Shown here: piece after piece, positions 39,883 to 54,699 of the stretch
Layout of the letters: each line of letters opens with the position of its first letter
Position numbering within the stretch: the stretch's first letter is position 1
NCBI RefSeq assembly: GCF_009914755.1
Contig: NC_060927.1
Reading direction: 5' to 3' (one strand)
Length of the DNA: 64,000 nt
Source: the human T2T-CHM13v2.0 reference genome, Homo sapiens
Made by a program: the position numbers and the translations under genes
The notes under the pieces: model-generated
Seen by the model: only the letters and a program-made list of their open reading frames with translations
The model's database searches: none
Told to the model about the DNA's origin: nothing

Positions 39883-42800
39883 AAAGAATGTAAACATTAA
39901 AGAATATTTTAATCATTAATAAAATAGGAAAATAGTTTTCTAATATGTATTTTAATAATAGATAAATGTTAAATAATGTCATCTTGGTATAATCTGAACT
40001 CATCCAACAAACAACTCATAGTATCGTACTCTGAAAAATACTGCACTAGAGACCTATAAAATGTATGCTGCATGTCCTTAAGGGAAATTACCACAGAAAA
40101 GTGAGCAATATTGAATCTAGTCAATAAGTTTCATTTTGGATATCAAAGATTTTGAATGTTTATGATATGATTTACGTGTCCTAAGAGTTCAAGACTTGGA
40201 CTCAAACTCAAGTCCCTTGATTCCAAGTCCAGTGATTTTCCAATTATACATTGGAAAAGGTTCCAATGTTTAGAAACCTCTTTTCTCTGTTTACCTTCTG
40301 AAACATGTATATTCAAATTATTATACATAGTTTGTATAAGAAAGGAGCCATTATCCATATTAATATAATAATATGAAAAAAATCAATTTTAAGTTATGTT
40401 TTTGATTTTGTGAATTTATAATCCACAAAAATCAGTAAACTTTATTTTTGTCATGTTTCAGGAAGCAATTAAATGAAACTTGAAACTTTGAACATGACAA
40501 AAAAATTTTTAACTTAATGACCAATTATTTAAATATTAATTTAATTATTAGCTTTTAACTTCTAATTTTACCTGAATGCAATCAATGCAACTAAGTACTA
40601 TCTATCCTTTAAATATATTAATATACATTTAAGTAAGTCATTCAAGGACTTATTTTTAAAAGACCTAATCCTTTAAAAAAAACAAAAAAGGATAGGAAAT
40701 AGTGGCGACTTTAGCTACTTTCCCCAAAACTCTTCTGCATATGCTTAAATAACCATTCAACAGCAATTAGAATAAAACTGATAGCTGTTCTTGTTTTTTT
40801 GTTGTTATATATATATGTGTGTGTGTGTGTGTATTTGTCTTTGGCAAAGAAGAATGACTAAGCTTACAAAATGCTATCAAGGGAAGTGTTTAACTGTTGA
40901 AATTGAACTTAATATAAAGGATCTACAGTGTGGGCTTGTTGATTAAAAAAATTTATTTATTTCCAAAATTCAAATAAACTCACACTTCTGCATCATACTC
41001 TACAGAAGCAAATAACACATTGAGGCAAGGGACCTGCTGCCTCATCAAGCAGTACTCCACTCCTTCATTCATTCATACGTTCACTCATTCCTCATTGAGG
41101 CAATCACATCTCTGTGGTACCTGAATAATTTTGTGAATTGTTTTCATTTTGAATTATTTTGTACATTAAGCATACCCATGATATTGATCCTTGTGTATTT
41201 TTTAATGGAAAGAATAAGCCATTACAGCCTCACCCTATCAAATATATTTTAGTATTTCCAATGATTTGTATAAGTTGTTTCTTTGGATCTGCTCTCTAAC
41301 TTCCCAAAAAACATTGTTATTGTCACATAAAATTATCAGCTGAAAGAAAGAAAGGACTAGTGAAAAGTTAACTATTAATTATATTCTTTTAAAATGTATC
41401 ATTATTTTGGAAAATAATATCTCTAAAAATCTCTGCTCTACAATGTGAAAGTGTTGACTTTTTTATTTTAAAAAAAATCCATAAGCTTAAAGATACAAAA
41501 TTCTAATAATTTTATTATTTCATTAACTTCATTATTTGAATGTTTTCCTTTTTCCTTTTGAGTAAAACTCAAATGTGATTGATTTATCTTTAATGTTATA
41601 TTTTATGTGCGTCTCTCTTAGACAGAATAAGACAGCATATAGAATCAGATAACTGTATAATAGAATGATCAATTAATGTGCATGTAGAAGCTACTGAGCT
41701 TTTAATTCTTGTTCTTATTATAAACTATGTGCCTAATAGGCTTTATTGAACTTTCCATCTGTTTTCTCTCACATCTGTAACTTAAAATGAAAGCTTTTGT
41801 TAAAGAAACCCAGAATTGTTCTTTTCTAATTTTTCTTAGAGCTTAAAATATTCTCAAAGTGTTGTAACTTCTAAATTCCTTGATACTATTTAGTCATATC
41901 TGGATTTGCATATTTCCTAAGGCAGAATCTTCAAGTCCTCTAACTTTACAGTCTCAATAACTCTTTGTCATCCTTACTATATATTCTACATTTAATAGGC
42001 AACAAATATATATATGGTCCGTACTTAGTTAAATGGTAGGGGACACAAATAATAAGATTAATAGATAGAAAGTGAAGGTTAAACAACAGGTTATGTAATA
42101 ACTCGAGGTAGTTTTATAAACTGATGTTGCAGATATTCTGCAATTCACTAGATACTGTTACATTCTCTACTTCAATTTTTCTTCTTGAGTTCTGCTAACC
42201 TCAAGGTAGCCTGAATGCATATACCAGGGAGAATGATCTGAAGTGACAGCCATAACTTTGAATTTTTAAAAAATTCCTTTATTAAAAGGAAATATATCAC
42301 TGTATATTAATACAAAAATGAAGTTTCTGGAATATGTGCCTTGTTTATATTATGTCTTCAGAAATAACTTTACCACATACCATGAATTATCAAAGGCACA
42401 TATATGCCAGTTTGAGAAGCATGGAAGGTGGTCTACAAAAGATTAACTGCCATAAATATTTTATCAGAATAATTTAACTCAAAAGAAAACGAGGAAATTT
42501 ACCTTCCATGAGCACATGAGAGATTGTGCATCAAGAAGTACACCATGTTAATAGTCTCAAAAATATTGATCCAGGAAAAAGCAGAGCTACAAAAGCAAAG
42601 TCACAAGAGTATTCTACTAAGACAATTTAGATCTAAGTACTCTTTCTTGACTTGGCTGTTTGACTTTGGAAAAGTCACAGCCTTTTATAGTGTGCCATCC
42701 CTCCCCTGCTAGAGTCACTGCATAGCTTCTAGAGTCTTCTCTAGTTTTGCCATCCTGTGATTCTAAAATTTACTGAATTTCTTATCATTTTACAACATTC

Positions 42801-43133
42801 CACTTTGAATTAACAAACACAGTAGAGTGGCAATGTTCCCTAAGTGCCAACCTCATCACCAGAAAGTGTTTTGACAGTGTAATTTTAAAACACGTTTTGA
42901 CTGCCTGCTATTTTGAGGCTGCTGCAAAGGGAAGAAAACAGCATTTATTTAGCTACTATAATTTGCCACTCATTGCATACTCAGCAATAAAAAAGAAATG
43001 ACCCAAGACTGCTCCTTAAAGTTTATTTAGAAGCAGTGTTTTTAGAGCGAAATTACATAAGAAACATTTAAAGATGGCAGCAACAAAGGAAACACTAGAT
43101 ATTCAAGATTTAAATCACTTCAAGTTAAAGTGA

Positions 43134-43467
<334 letters not shown>

Positions 43468-44243
43468 TAAAAGTAGAAGATTTTTAAAGTAGGTGAATTT
43501 TCAGCAAAATCTGGAAAAGAAGATGGTAGCTAAGTAATAAAAAGAAGAAAAGAAAGAAGGGATTGAGTTGAAGAAGTAACAAAAAATGTAGTTGAAAGGA
43601 ATCTGCAGTTCAAAGATTTTCATTTAAATATTAGAATGAAGGAACTGGCAATATGGAGGCTCTAGCTAAGTTCACCTGATCAATACACACTGCCTAAATA
43701 ACCCAGCATGTGCAGAGCATACAAGTCTGTATTGAAAACCTACAAAGAACACTGGTTCAGTATAGGTACTATGAAAGAAAGAATCTAAAATATAATCCTT
43801 TCCCCTAAGTTACCTCTGGTCTAGTAGCAGACCTAACGTGTACAGCATTGGAAAATAATGAAACTATATTTTATAGAATGAAGTCAAGACATCAAAAGAA
43901 GACATGCCTTGATATTGCGTGAGACATTAGCAGACAGAGAATTTGGGCAGTGCTACTATAATTCTGAAAAGAAAGAGATCATTGAGCTAGTACCATGAGT
44001 TAATAAAAAAGAAGTGGATAGCATGATGTCTGACCACTAAGAACTTACAGTTTTTAAACATCTACTTCATCAGCACTTAGAACTGCTCACATTCCCTCCC
44101 CTTGATTTCTTTTTTCTTTTAGCTGAGTGATGACGGCATTGCCATTTACATCAGCACTGAGTATCTATTCTCATCTTCTGCTAAAACATTTGGTTTAAAT
44201 ACATACAAAGGAGCAGCAGGAGACTTAGAAAAGACTGACTTTA

Positions 44244-44305
44244 TATATATATATATATATATTTTATTTATTTATTTATTTATTTTTTTATTTTTTTATT
44301 TTTTG
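44244..44305. repeat. (TA)n/(TTTA)n simple repeat
   Basis: Visible directly. Confidence 0.9.
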
Positions 44306-44725
44306 CTTGTGTGAAAGTCTAAAAACAGAAACCGGGGTAGAATCTAGGGAAGAAAAGGAGGGTGTGAGAATCAGTATTTTCATCTTTAATGCACTAGGAA
44401 AAACTCTGAATTGTCTTTATCTGTATGTCAGCAAAGAGATAAAGTTTTTCTTTCAAGTTCTCTGGGTCAGCAAGGATTGTTGCTGGGGTTCAATTTTCAA
44501 ATGAAAAGAAATAGCTCCCAATCTTATTTTGAAATTTTCTAGCTGAACATGGATCATATGAAAGCAAAAGGGACTTCCGAAATCTGAACTTACTCTTCCG
44601 TCTTTCTTCCTCCATATGAATTTCAGAAATGTTAAGTGGTTTGTTTAAGGTCTCAAAATTAGTTAACAATATGCTTGGAGTAGAGAACTTGAGTTTTCAT
44701 GTCTGGTATTTTGCTATTTCAATAA

Positions 44726-45118
<393 letters not shown>

Positions 45119-45194
45119 ATCACTAGGCCATTTTTTACTCTCTATGTGAGAGCTTAATTTAATGCTCAGGTGAGTAAACCACATTCCTTGTACA

Positions 45195-45550
<356 letters not shown>

Positions 45551-45917
45551 CTTTATACTTCCTGATTTTTTCTGTTTTTTTCCCCAATGTATTTTGAATT
45601 TCATTTTTAAAATAATGTATACTCATTATAGAAAATTTGAAAAACATGTCCGAGTATAAATAAGCAAAAATGTCTTATAATCTTATCAGTTCATATTACT
45701 TTACTTGAAATAATTTCTATATGTGTTTTGATTGTAAGCTGCCTTGAGATAGTTTACAAAATAGAAAGGAGTTACTTTACAGATAAATTTATTTTCTTAA
45801 GCAGAACTTACATCACCTCACTTTTCACAAATATCCACCCATTTATTAATATGCATAGTTCATATAGCTTAACAGGCATCCAACAAATGGGAGCCTTTTG
45901 AAAAATATGTGTATTGT

Positions 45918-46200
45918 GCCAGATGCAGTGGCTCATGCCTGTAATGCCAGCATTTTGGGAGGCCAAGGCAGGAGGATTGACTCCAAGAGTTCAAGATCAG
46001 CTTGGGCAACATGGTAAGATTCTGTCTCTATAAAAAAAATCAAAGAATTAGCCGGGCATGGAGGCATACACCTATAGTCCCATCTACTCAAAAGGCTAAG
46101 GTGGGAGGATCATTTGAGCCTGGGAGGTCGAGGGTGCAGTGAGCTATGACTACCACTGCATCCCAACCTGGGCAAAAGAGCAAGACCTTGTTTAAAACAA
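45918..46200 (+). mobile_element. AluJ
   Basis: Diverged Alu with J-type features (ggtgggaggatcatttgagcc). Confidence 0.88.
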
Positions 46201-47421
46201 ATGTGTGTATATATATATATATATATAATGATGAGATTGAAGCCCCAGTACAGGACATAGGCATGGGAGATTGGCCTCATAGTGAATAGTTATAGATTTA
46301 AGAAACATTCTATAGCCTTAAAATACTGTGACTTAAAGAACACACATAAATAGAAAGTGCCTAATTTGAATGAGGAAGTTTGGATCATATACCAACTCCT
46401 TGATTCATTTTTTTCATGTAAATGATCAATTCAGCAGTATGGGGAAAAATGGTAGGTATATTATTTTAATTTCACATTTGCATGATTCATAAATCAATAA
46501 ATAAAATTTACATACCTTCACATGTACATATACCCCTACATTCAGAGTATGAATAAACCAAGGGAAAAAGATTGTATAGAAAAGAGAATTGTAGTAAAAG
46601 AGACATAAAGTCAATTTTGACTCTTGCTCCTGAAAAAGACATGCTATAGATTAATTCTGTTGTTCTATATATTCATTTCTAATTCATTAAACATTGTCTC
46701 ATGCATCCTGTGTTGTAGATAACCTTACGTAAAGGTTGGACAGGATAAGATAATAAACCATATGAAGCTCAGGGTGCTGTGGAACAGACAGATAAGCTAA
46801 TAAATATAAAGCAATGTGGTGGTAAAATGATTGAGATAATAATTATGTTAACTAACTTTTTTTTAAACAAATATTTATGTGCCTACAATGTACCAGGGAT
46901 TATGTTAGCCACTGGAGATACAATGGTGAAAAAACAGTGGATACTGTACTAATCATTTTCTCTATATTATTTCATTTATCCCTCGCAGCTGCCCTGTGAA
47001 ATGTGTGTTATTATAATCTCCATGAAACTAAGAAAAGGCTTGCCTAAAACTGCGCAGATAAAACTAGGTCAGAAGATATACAACATCTATTATGAAAGCA
47101 AATGCTTCTATTTTGAGTGGCATTCAAATTAGGCTGAAGTGGAAAGTGGGTATGTGTGTGTTAGTCATGCAAAGAAGGTCTGGGAAGCACTTTTCATGAA
47201 GTGAGGTTATCATAATCAAAGTCATAGTCTCTAGAGGAGCACTGTGTATTTTAGGAACTTCTAGGAATTGTGTTTTCCTTGAGTATAAATTTTGAGGATG
47301 GTGAGAAATGAGCCATGGCAAATAAGATGGGCTCATAATCCCAGAGGCAAAATGAAGGGTGACATGCTCAGATTTGCCTTTTATTAAAATCATGCTAGCT
47401 ACATTGTAAAGAAAGGCTTAG

Positions 47422-47695
47422 AGGCTAGGCAAGGTGGTTCACACTTGTACTCCCAGTGATTTGGGAGGCCAAGGCAGGAGGATCACTTCAGGGCAGGAGT
47501 TTGAGACCAATATAGCAAAGATCTGTCTCTACAATATATATATATATATATATTTTTTTAATAGCTGGGTGTGTGGTGCATGCCTGTAGTCCTAGCTACT
47601 TAGCAGGCTGAGGTGGGAGGATCACCTGAGTTCAGGAGTTAGAGGTTACAGGGAGCTATGATTTCACCACTGCACTCCAGTCTGGACAATAGACT
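47422..47695 (+). mobile_element. AluJ with internal (TA)n
   Basis: Diverged Alu. Confidence 0.85.
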
Positions 47696-50600
47696 GGAGC
47701 CAAATATGGCTCTTAGATATAAGAATAAGGACTACTTGGGATCTCACATAGATTACTTGGTGGTATACACAGAAGTTTATGTGAAATAAATAGTTAAGGA
47801 GTAATATCGAGAGCACAATTAGGTATTGTCAGAAGCTTAGAGGCCTGGGTTTCAGAAAAAGATTAGGAAAGTGTTCTCAGAAAGGAAATATTTAAAATAT
47901 GACAGTAACTGAAATGTAGAGTTTAGTGGCCCAGTTTATGGAGTCTTGAGGGAGACTAGAATATAAAGATAGGCTAAGGGAAGAGGGTTTTTTTTTTCTT
48001 TTTTCAAGAAACCCAACCATTCAACAGAAAAGACTCTTTCTGTTCAAAACAATAAAGTTTTCTATTTTAGAAATTTAGAAAGTTTTAAGAAGGAATTGAC
48101 AGAGTCAAAGACAACAAAAAATTAGGAATATATGGATTGAAAATGTCCATTATTTTAGAAAATTACGTCATTATTGACTTTGATAAATCTTTTTAGAATG
48201 GTTGAAGAAGCAACAAGATCAAAATAATTTTAGATGGATTTTCAGGAAATTTACATGTAAAAGAAATGTGAAAGATCAGATAGATCAAGGAAGGATATGT
48301 CTCAGGATTAGAATAGCTGGAATATTTATAGGTTGAGAGAACAAACAAGTAGTGAGAGAAAAAGAGACAGAAACAAAGATATAGGACAGAAGGGGAGGAC
48401 AAATGGAACATGATTCTGGAAACAGACAATGAAAATTTCAGGTGGCTGTGTATTACTTTTGGAGAGAACACCTAATCTTCTGGAAGAAAAGAAAGTAGGA
48501 TGGACACAGTGTATACATACACTGGTACAGGAGAGAGCAAAAATGGAAGGTATTTACCATTAAGGTCTGATGAGACTGGGATTCCAGTGTTTGTGTAACA
48601 AGCCTGAACAGAGTATTGAAAATTGGATAGGCACTGAGGGACATGTTGTTTCCTGTGGCAGGAAATTTTCAAAACAAGAGAAAGATGGTGAGATTTAATA
48701 AATAAATAAGCAGTATTATCTCCACTTTTCACCTTCCACTCTTCCAAAGAGGCTCAGATTCATTGAATGGCAGTAAGATATGGAATGTATTCCTCCTTAT
48801 GTAACTTGACCACTGTGAAAATTTATAAGAGTTGAGAATACTATTGGTTGAAACCATGTACCTCTTGGAATCTACTACTGAACTATTGCCCAAGGTCTGT
48901 TGCAGTGACCTGAATTCTGAAGGTGGGAATATATGCGGAATTACCTAAAATAGTAATACCTTGCATTTATTGAGTTATTACTATAATTCGGTCATTATTC
49001 TGTGTGTTTTATATTATTCAGTCATTTAAATATCACGAAAAGTCTGAGTTGGTGGTATCATCTTTTATTTTTATAGAGGGGATTTGGCAGAGTACTTTCC
49101 GGGTGCTCTTTCTCATAGGTGAGTAAAAGCATATGAGTAATTCTGGTCAGTAAGCTTTAGGAAGAGGTGATGTGTATAATTTCTGGGTTGAATCACAGGA
49201 TAGCAGGTGACTTTTCTGTTCAGTGATCATGATGGAGGCCTCTGTTTCTGGATGTGCAACTGTAACATGGATGAGTGTCCATCAGCCTGAGTGCCTGAGT
49301 AATTGTGTAAAGAAGAGCCCCCTCTATTGCTTTATAAGTGATAATTACATTTTGGTGGTTAACTTACTTAAACTTGAGGTAGGGTATTAATTTGCTACCA
49401 CAAAATAATCTAACATAGCCTGACTAACAAGTGATCAAAATGAGAGATATAGCACTAAATCATAGGGTAAGTAAGTACTTCTTCACTTTCCTCTGCAATG
49501 GAGAGATGGGGACAAATACGGCTCTTAGGAATCTGCTACAGAGCTAACAGCTCCAGGTCTACTGCAGTGATCTGAATCCCTAAGATTTTCTACCATGCCC
49601 ATGGTAGACATTATTAATTGTTCTTCAACTCTCTTGATGAGTCTGGGAGCCATCTAGGAATTATTTTCAATACAGAAAGCCTAGTAGTTGCTATTAATTT
49701 TTAGGATTGAAGTGTATATAAAACCTGCATGTCATCCATATTATGGACGTTTGTTCATGTCACACCTTGTTTCTAACTGCCTTTGAAATATGTGGCAGAA
49801 GATCTAGGTAGGTTGGTTGACCCACACGCATTCTTAAACTGTTAGACCTTGCTTCTTTCTTTTATAAATCCTGGGTAATTAATCACTTCCACATTCTTTT
49901 TGTAGCTAAAGACATCTTTATTACACAGTGTTAGCTAATGAGAAATAGCAGAAATGTCCTGAGAGGAAAAGGAGGTTTTCCCAAGGAAGTTTTAACTTTT
50001 CCTAATAAAAAGAGCTGGTTTCAGCCAGCACTACCTCCTCCTCACTTCTGATAGTAGACCAAAGAAGTACTGGATGGAACTTTAGCAGCCATCTTGCAAC
50101 CATGAGGAAAAGGTCAAGATAACCAGAAATAATGACTGATATTGTTGTGCTTTTGAATTTATATCTGCAACTAACCACCCCAGGACCAGTTATTTTAGAG
50201 AAGAATAACCCTGTTTGTTTAAGCCACTCTTACCCACTTTAAGGCAAGTATTCTGTTACTAGCAGACAAGCAGAATTCTAGTTAATATAAGGCACTTATA
50301 TTATGTAGATATTCAGGCACATACCTATACCTATAAAGTAAGGGTTATAACAGAGGCATATGCGAGTTAATATAGGGACACATACAAAATGAGTACTTAA
50401 GTTGATTAGAAAATTCAAAGAAAGGTTTCACTGGAAGCGATGTTAAAGGTAATCTTTGGGTCATGAGTTCAACTGATGAGGAAAGTTAGCGAGTATGAGA
50501 TAGTCATTTGAAATAAGGGTAACAGCATGTTAAAGAGATGTCCTGAAAGAAGATATCATGTTCTGGGAATTGTACATAATTGAGCAAGTGTCAAACATAA

Positions 50601-53049
50601 AATCATGGAGGAGTTAGCTTGCTATGTGCATAAAAGATGACGCTGGAGGGCTACGTCGAGGACAGTTATTGAATGGCTTCAACTAATAGGTGATATAATT
50701 TTGCTCTGTCCTCAAAGATACAAAGATTTTAAGGAAGGAGTACATGATTAATTTATATTATAGAAAAACACCATGCTGGCTGCAGTATAAAGGAGGAATT
50801 CAAGAAGAATGCTTTCTGGCAGGAAGACCAGCTAAGAGAAATAGTTATAGTAAGAAATAATGAGTATATCAGTTAAAAGAGTGACAGTGGAAAATGGAAA
50901 AAGGACAGATTCTACAGATTTTATGAAGCTAGAGGTAATAGAAACTAGTGATAGATTATTTATTTTAATGTAAAGAGAGGATAATCAAGACTGGTTCCCA
51001 GATTGTATTTTGGGCTAGTGGTGAATCATGGATGAAAAATAGGGAGCAAAGGAAAAGAATGTGCTGGAGTGAAGGCAACAAAGATACATGTGAGATGTTT
51101 TTTGTTTATTTTCTATTCAAGATTCATTGTTAGCTGTAGAATTTAGTAAATGGGCTCATGGTTCTTTCTTCTCAGAAAACCTCCCTGATATGCCAGGGTC
51201 AATCTGGATCCTCCGTCAAGCAGACACCAAGATAGGAGTTGACACTGAAGAAAGAGCATGTAAAGGATAAAGGTAGGTGGGGGGGCAGGAAGAGTTTTCA
51301 GACTGTGATGCAGGGTTGACATCTCGGAAGGAGAGGGAAGGAACAGTGGGTAGGAAGAATGGTGCACTACTGAGAAAGTCTTTGTCAAGCTAATGAGGAA
51401 TCCTGGCACAGAGATTACCTATTAGGCGAGCCCCACACAGGATAGAAAGGGCTGAACTTTACTATTGGCATCACGTTTGGTCATCGGCTGACATGGACAG
51501 TGTGGCAGATTTGAAGATTTGGCAGCTGAAGACTGTCATCAGCAACACTTTTCCCACCAGGTTCTCTTGACATGAGATCCAAACAGTGCACCTCTATTGC
51601 TACTAAATGTCAGTTCTTGAATATTCCAGAGTTCCTTTTCTTTGAGGGCAAGGGTTGGATTGTATTTTACCACCTCTTTAAAATTAGGATGGCCATATGA
51701 CTTATTTTGGTCATTAAGTTGTAAGTGGAAGTTTGAAAAAACAGTATATGCTTTGCCGGATTATCTTTTTCTCTTCAAAGAAAATACCTTTTGAGCAGAA
51801 CTTCCATCAATCTGGGCCCCAATAATGAGCAGGCTCTTACCAACTCAGGTGGGACATGTAGACTGAGCAAGAAATAGCATTATTGTAATAAGCCATTGAG
51901 ATATTATGTTTTTTATTGAGGCATAACCTAGATTACTCTGACTGAAACCATAGCTTTGGAGATTGTGCTGGAGTATTTTAGTTTCTACATACACTGAGAA
52001 ATAGGCAGTGACCATTGGGGAACAGGAGGCAGTGAACACTGGGGAAGAGGAGGCAGTGAACATACCACTGGAATCCAGCTTGGTTGGATATAAGAGCACA
52101 ACAATTTGAAAGCGTTAGTCAAAGAAATGAACTGCTTGATTTTCCTTCTGAGCTTCTAAAGTCATTTATATTTAGAAGGAAAAGCTCACCAGTCATAGGT
52201 TGTAACAAATTATTAATACATAAATGTGTTCTGAGCTAACAGGACCATAAACTGTCATAGTTGGTCAACAATATTTATTGTGGATAAACAACTTGTATTA
52301 GATATGTTAGAACATAAAAAAGAGAACAATGATTATTATCATCCCTTTTATTGTATGCCACATATTATGAGATTCAAAGGCTTTCATAAATATTTTCTTC
52401 TACTCAGTGGAGTAAGTAGGGAAAGTATTATTATCCCAGTTTTACAGTTAAGGAAATGGAAACCCACAAACTTTAAATGACAAAGGGGATAAGTGGTTGA
52501 AACAAAACTAGAACTCAATACATCTGAGTAGATGCCTGTAAATTAAAATATTGCCTTCTTGCGAAGGCTAAAATTCTTGTTGCCAGAAAAAGTTTAAGAA
52601 TATTTTCAGTGCCTACAGTCAAATACATATGCATCAATAAGGCATTTGCAGCTATTTTGTGTCATGGTATTGGATGAATGCTATAATTAGAAAACAGACG
52701 TGAAGCCGACCTAAAACCATCAAACTAATATAGAGAGCCCTGAAGCTTTTTCCAGTTCCAGTCAGTCTGAAAAGACAACATCAAATGCTAATGAGAGTCA
52801 GTCTTAAATAAAATAAGAATAAAAATTGCTTTATCTGTGGCTTATAACTCTTAAGTGAATTTAATGTGTATTTTCTCTCTTGTGTGTTACATTTTCCCTA
52901 TAAGGAATTATAGAGTTGAACCCAGATCTTGTACCCATAAATCTCAAATGCTTATGGAGACATAAAGAATAGGTAAAAATGGATTTTTAATCACATTAAG
53001 GAATGCTGTTATGAGGCAACTTCCTTTGAAACTCAAAATACTAACAAAT

Positions 53050-53515
53050 TGATAGGAAGATTTTAAAACATGGCTCCATTTTATTTGATACTTGTTCCAT
53101 CTAAAGGTTGGACTTTTCCCCCTTTCTGATTAACCTGGATTCTGTGCTTGCTTTCAATCTGGCCGTTTCTAGATCAGGCCTTAAGAAACTGGCAGTTCCT
53201 ACTTCCTGTCTCTTCAGACACTCTGGAAACCACCATGCTGTGAGGAAGCCCAAGTAGTTCCTGGAGAGATCTACACCAATAACTGAAGCCCCAAGGCCCT
53301 AGCACTGGCTGAGCTCCCAGCTGAAAGCCAGCACCAAATTTCCATAACTTTGAGTGAACCATCTTGGAAGTGTATATTCCAGTTCCAGGTTAAGTGTACT
53401 CAGAAATAACCTGCCCCATTGATCCCTGTAAAAATTGGAGATCTGAAAGCAAAATACAATATTGTTGACATTTTAAGTCAGTAGGGTTTGGGGCAGTTTA
53501 TTGTATCAGTGAACT
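53050..53515 (+). mobile_element. MLT1E/F-like LTR
   Basis: caccatgctgtgaggaagcccaag...gagtgaaccatcttggaagtg. Confidence 0.65.
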
Positions 53516-53645
53516 TTGCCTAGGTTGGTTTTACCTAGAGGCCTTCTATAGTACATAATAGAGTACCTTGGTCTGGTTATAGGGATTTTGTGCCTTCCTT
53601 TACATTTTAAAGTGAAAGAAAAATATCTTTTCTGTGAACATGAAT

Positions 53646-53860
53646 TTTTTATTATTATTGTTATACTTTTAAGTTCTAGGGTACATGTGCACAATGTGCA
53701 GGTTTGTTACATTGGTATACATGTGCCATGTTTGTTTGCTGCATCCATCAACTCGTCATTTACATTAGGTATTTCTCCTAATGCTATCCCTCCCCCAGCT
53801 CCCCAGCCCCCAACAGGCCCGGGTGTGTGATGTTCCCCTCCCTGTGTCCATGTGTTGTCA
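53646..53860 (-). mobile_element. Short L1PA 3' end
   Basis: L1 3'UTR flanked by TGAACAT(G/C)AAT repeats at 53635 and 53861. Confidence 0.9.
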
Positions 53861-54699
53861 TGAACATCAATATTTTTAATGAGGGCATTAAGTTTACTCT
53901 ATTGTGTGGTTATCCTGTATTCTTGTAGCATTGTCTCGTTTAGTCCGTAGAGAAAGATCACATCCCTGTAGTGTGTGATCTACTATAAAATGAGTTGGGG
54001 TTTTTTGTGTCAATAAAATGAGTTGCAACAAAATGAGTTGGGTTTTTTTGTGTCAATAAGTGGGGACAGTGGGAAAATTTCCTTAAGGAAAGCACATGAG
54101 ATTTGGTGATTTGGGGCAGATGATAGTGAAAACTCCAGACTCCCATGGTGCTTCTTTCACGGTCTTTGCTTTCCAGGTGGCAAAACATGTTTAAAGGGAT
54201 TTAATATACTTAAACTTGGATGGAGGTCATGTTCTAATGGCACAATTTGGCCTCACTGATGCCACAAACCCTTAGGATGAACATTAGGTTTTCGGGCTAG
54301 AACTTAAAAAGGGCCTGGAACTCAAGACCAGAGTGGTGATGGCTGTCTTCATTAAGAAACACTTCTTGGTGGGCAAAGGATATAAGAGATAGTTAGGTCC
54401 ATCTACTGCAGTTCAGTAGAATACAGGGCTTGAATTTGAATTTAGGGCAGGGATCTTGCCATGCCTAGCACAGTTCCTGACACATAATAGGTGTTGGAGG
54501 GGAGACAGTGAATGATAAATGCCAGGCTCCTTTTGCCATGAAACTGGGGCTTTCTTTTGGGTTGTCATTTTTAAGCCACTATGTGGCTTGCTTCTTGCAG
54601 TGATTTCATATATTAGGTAACAGATCAGGACCACGAGGAAACAATTTTTACACACACGGCCCTACAGTGCAAATTGTTATGAACCACAGTCATAGCTTA

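Noticed and set aside
52000-52064. Short ~24-nt tandem repeat (GGAGGCAGTGAACA)
   Set aside because: Two to three degenerate copies; an ordinary slippage duplication.
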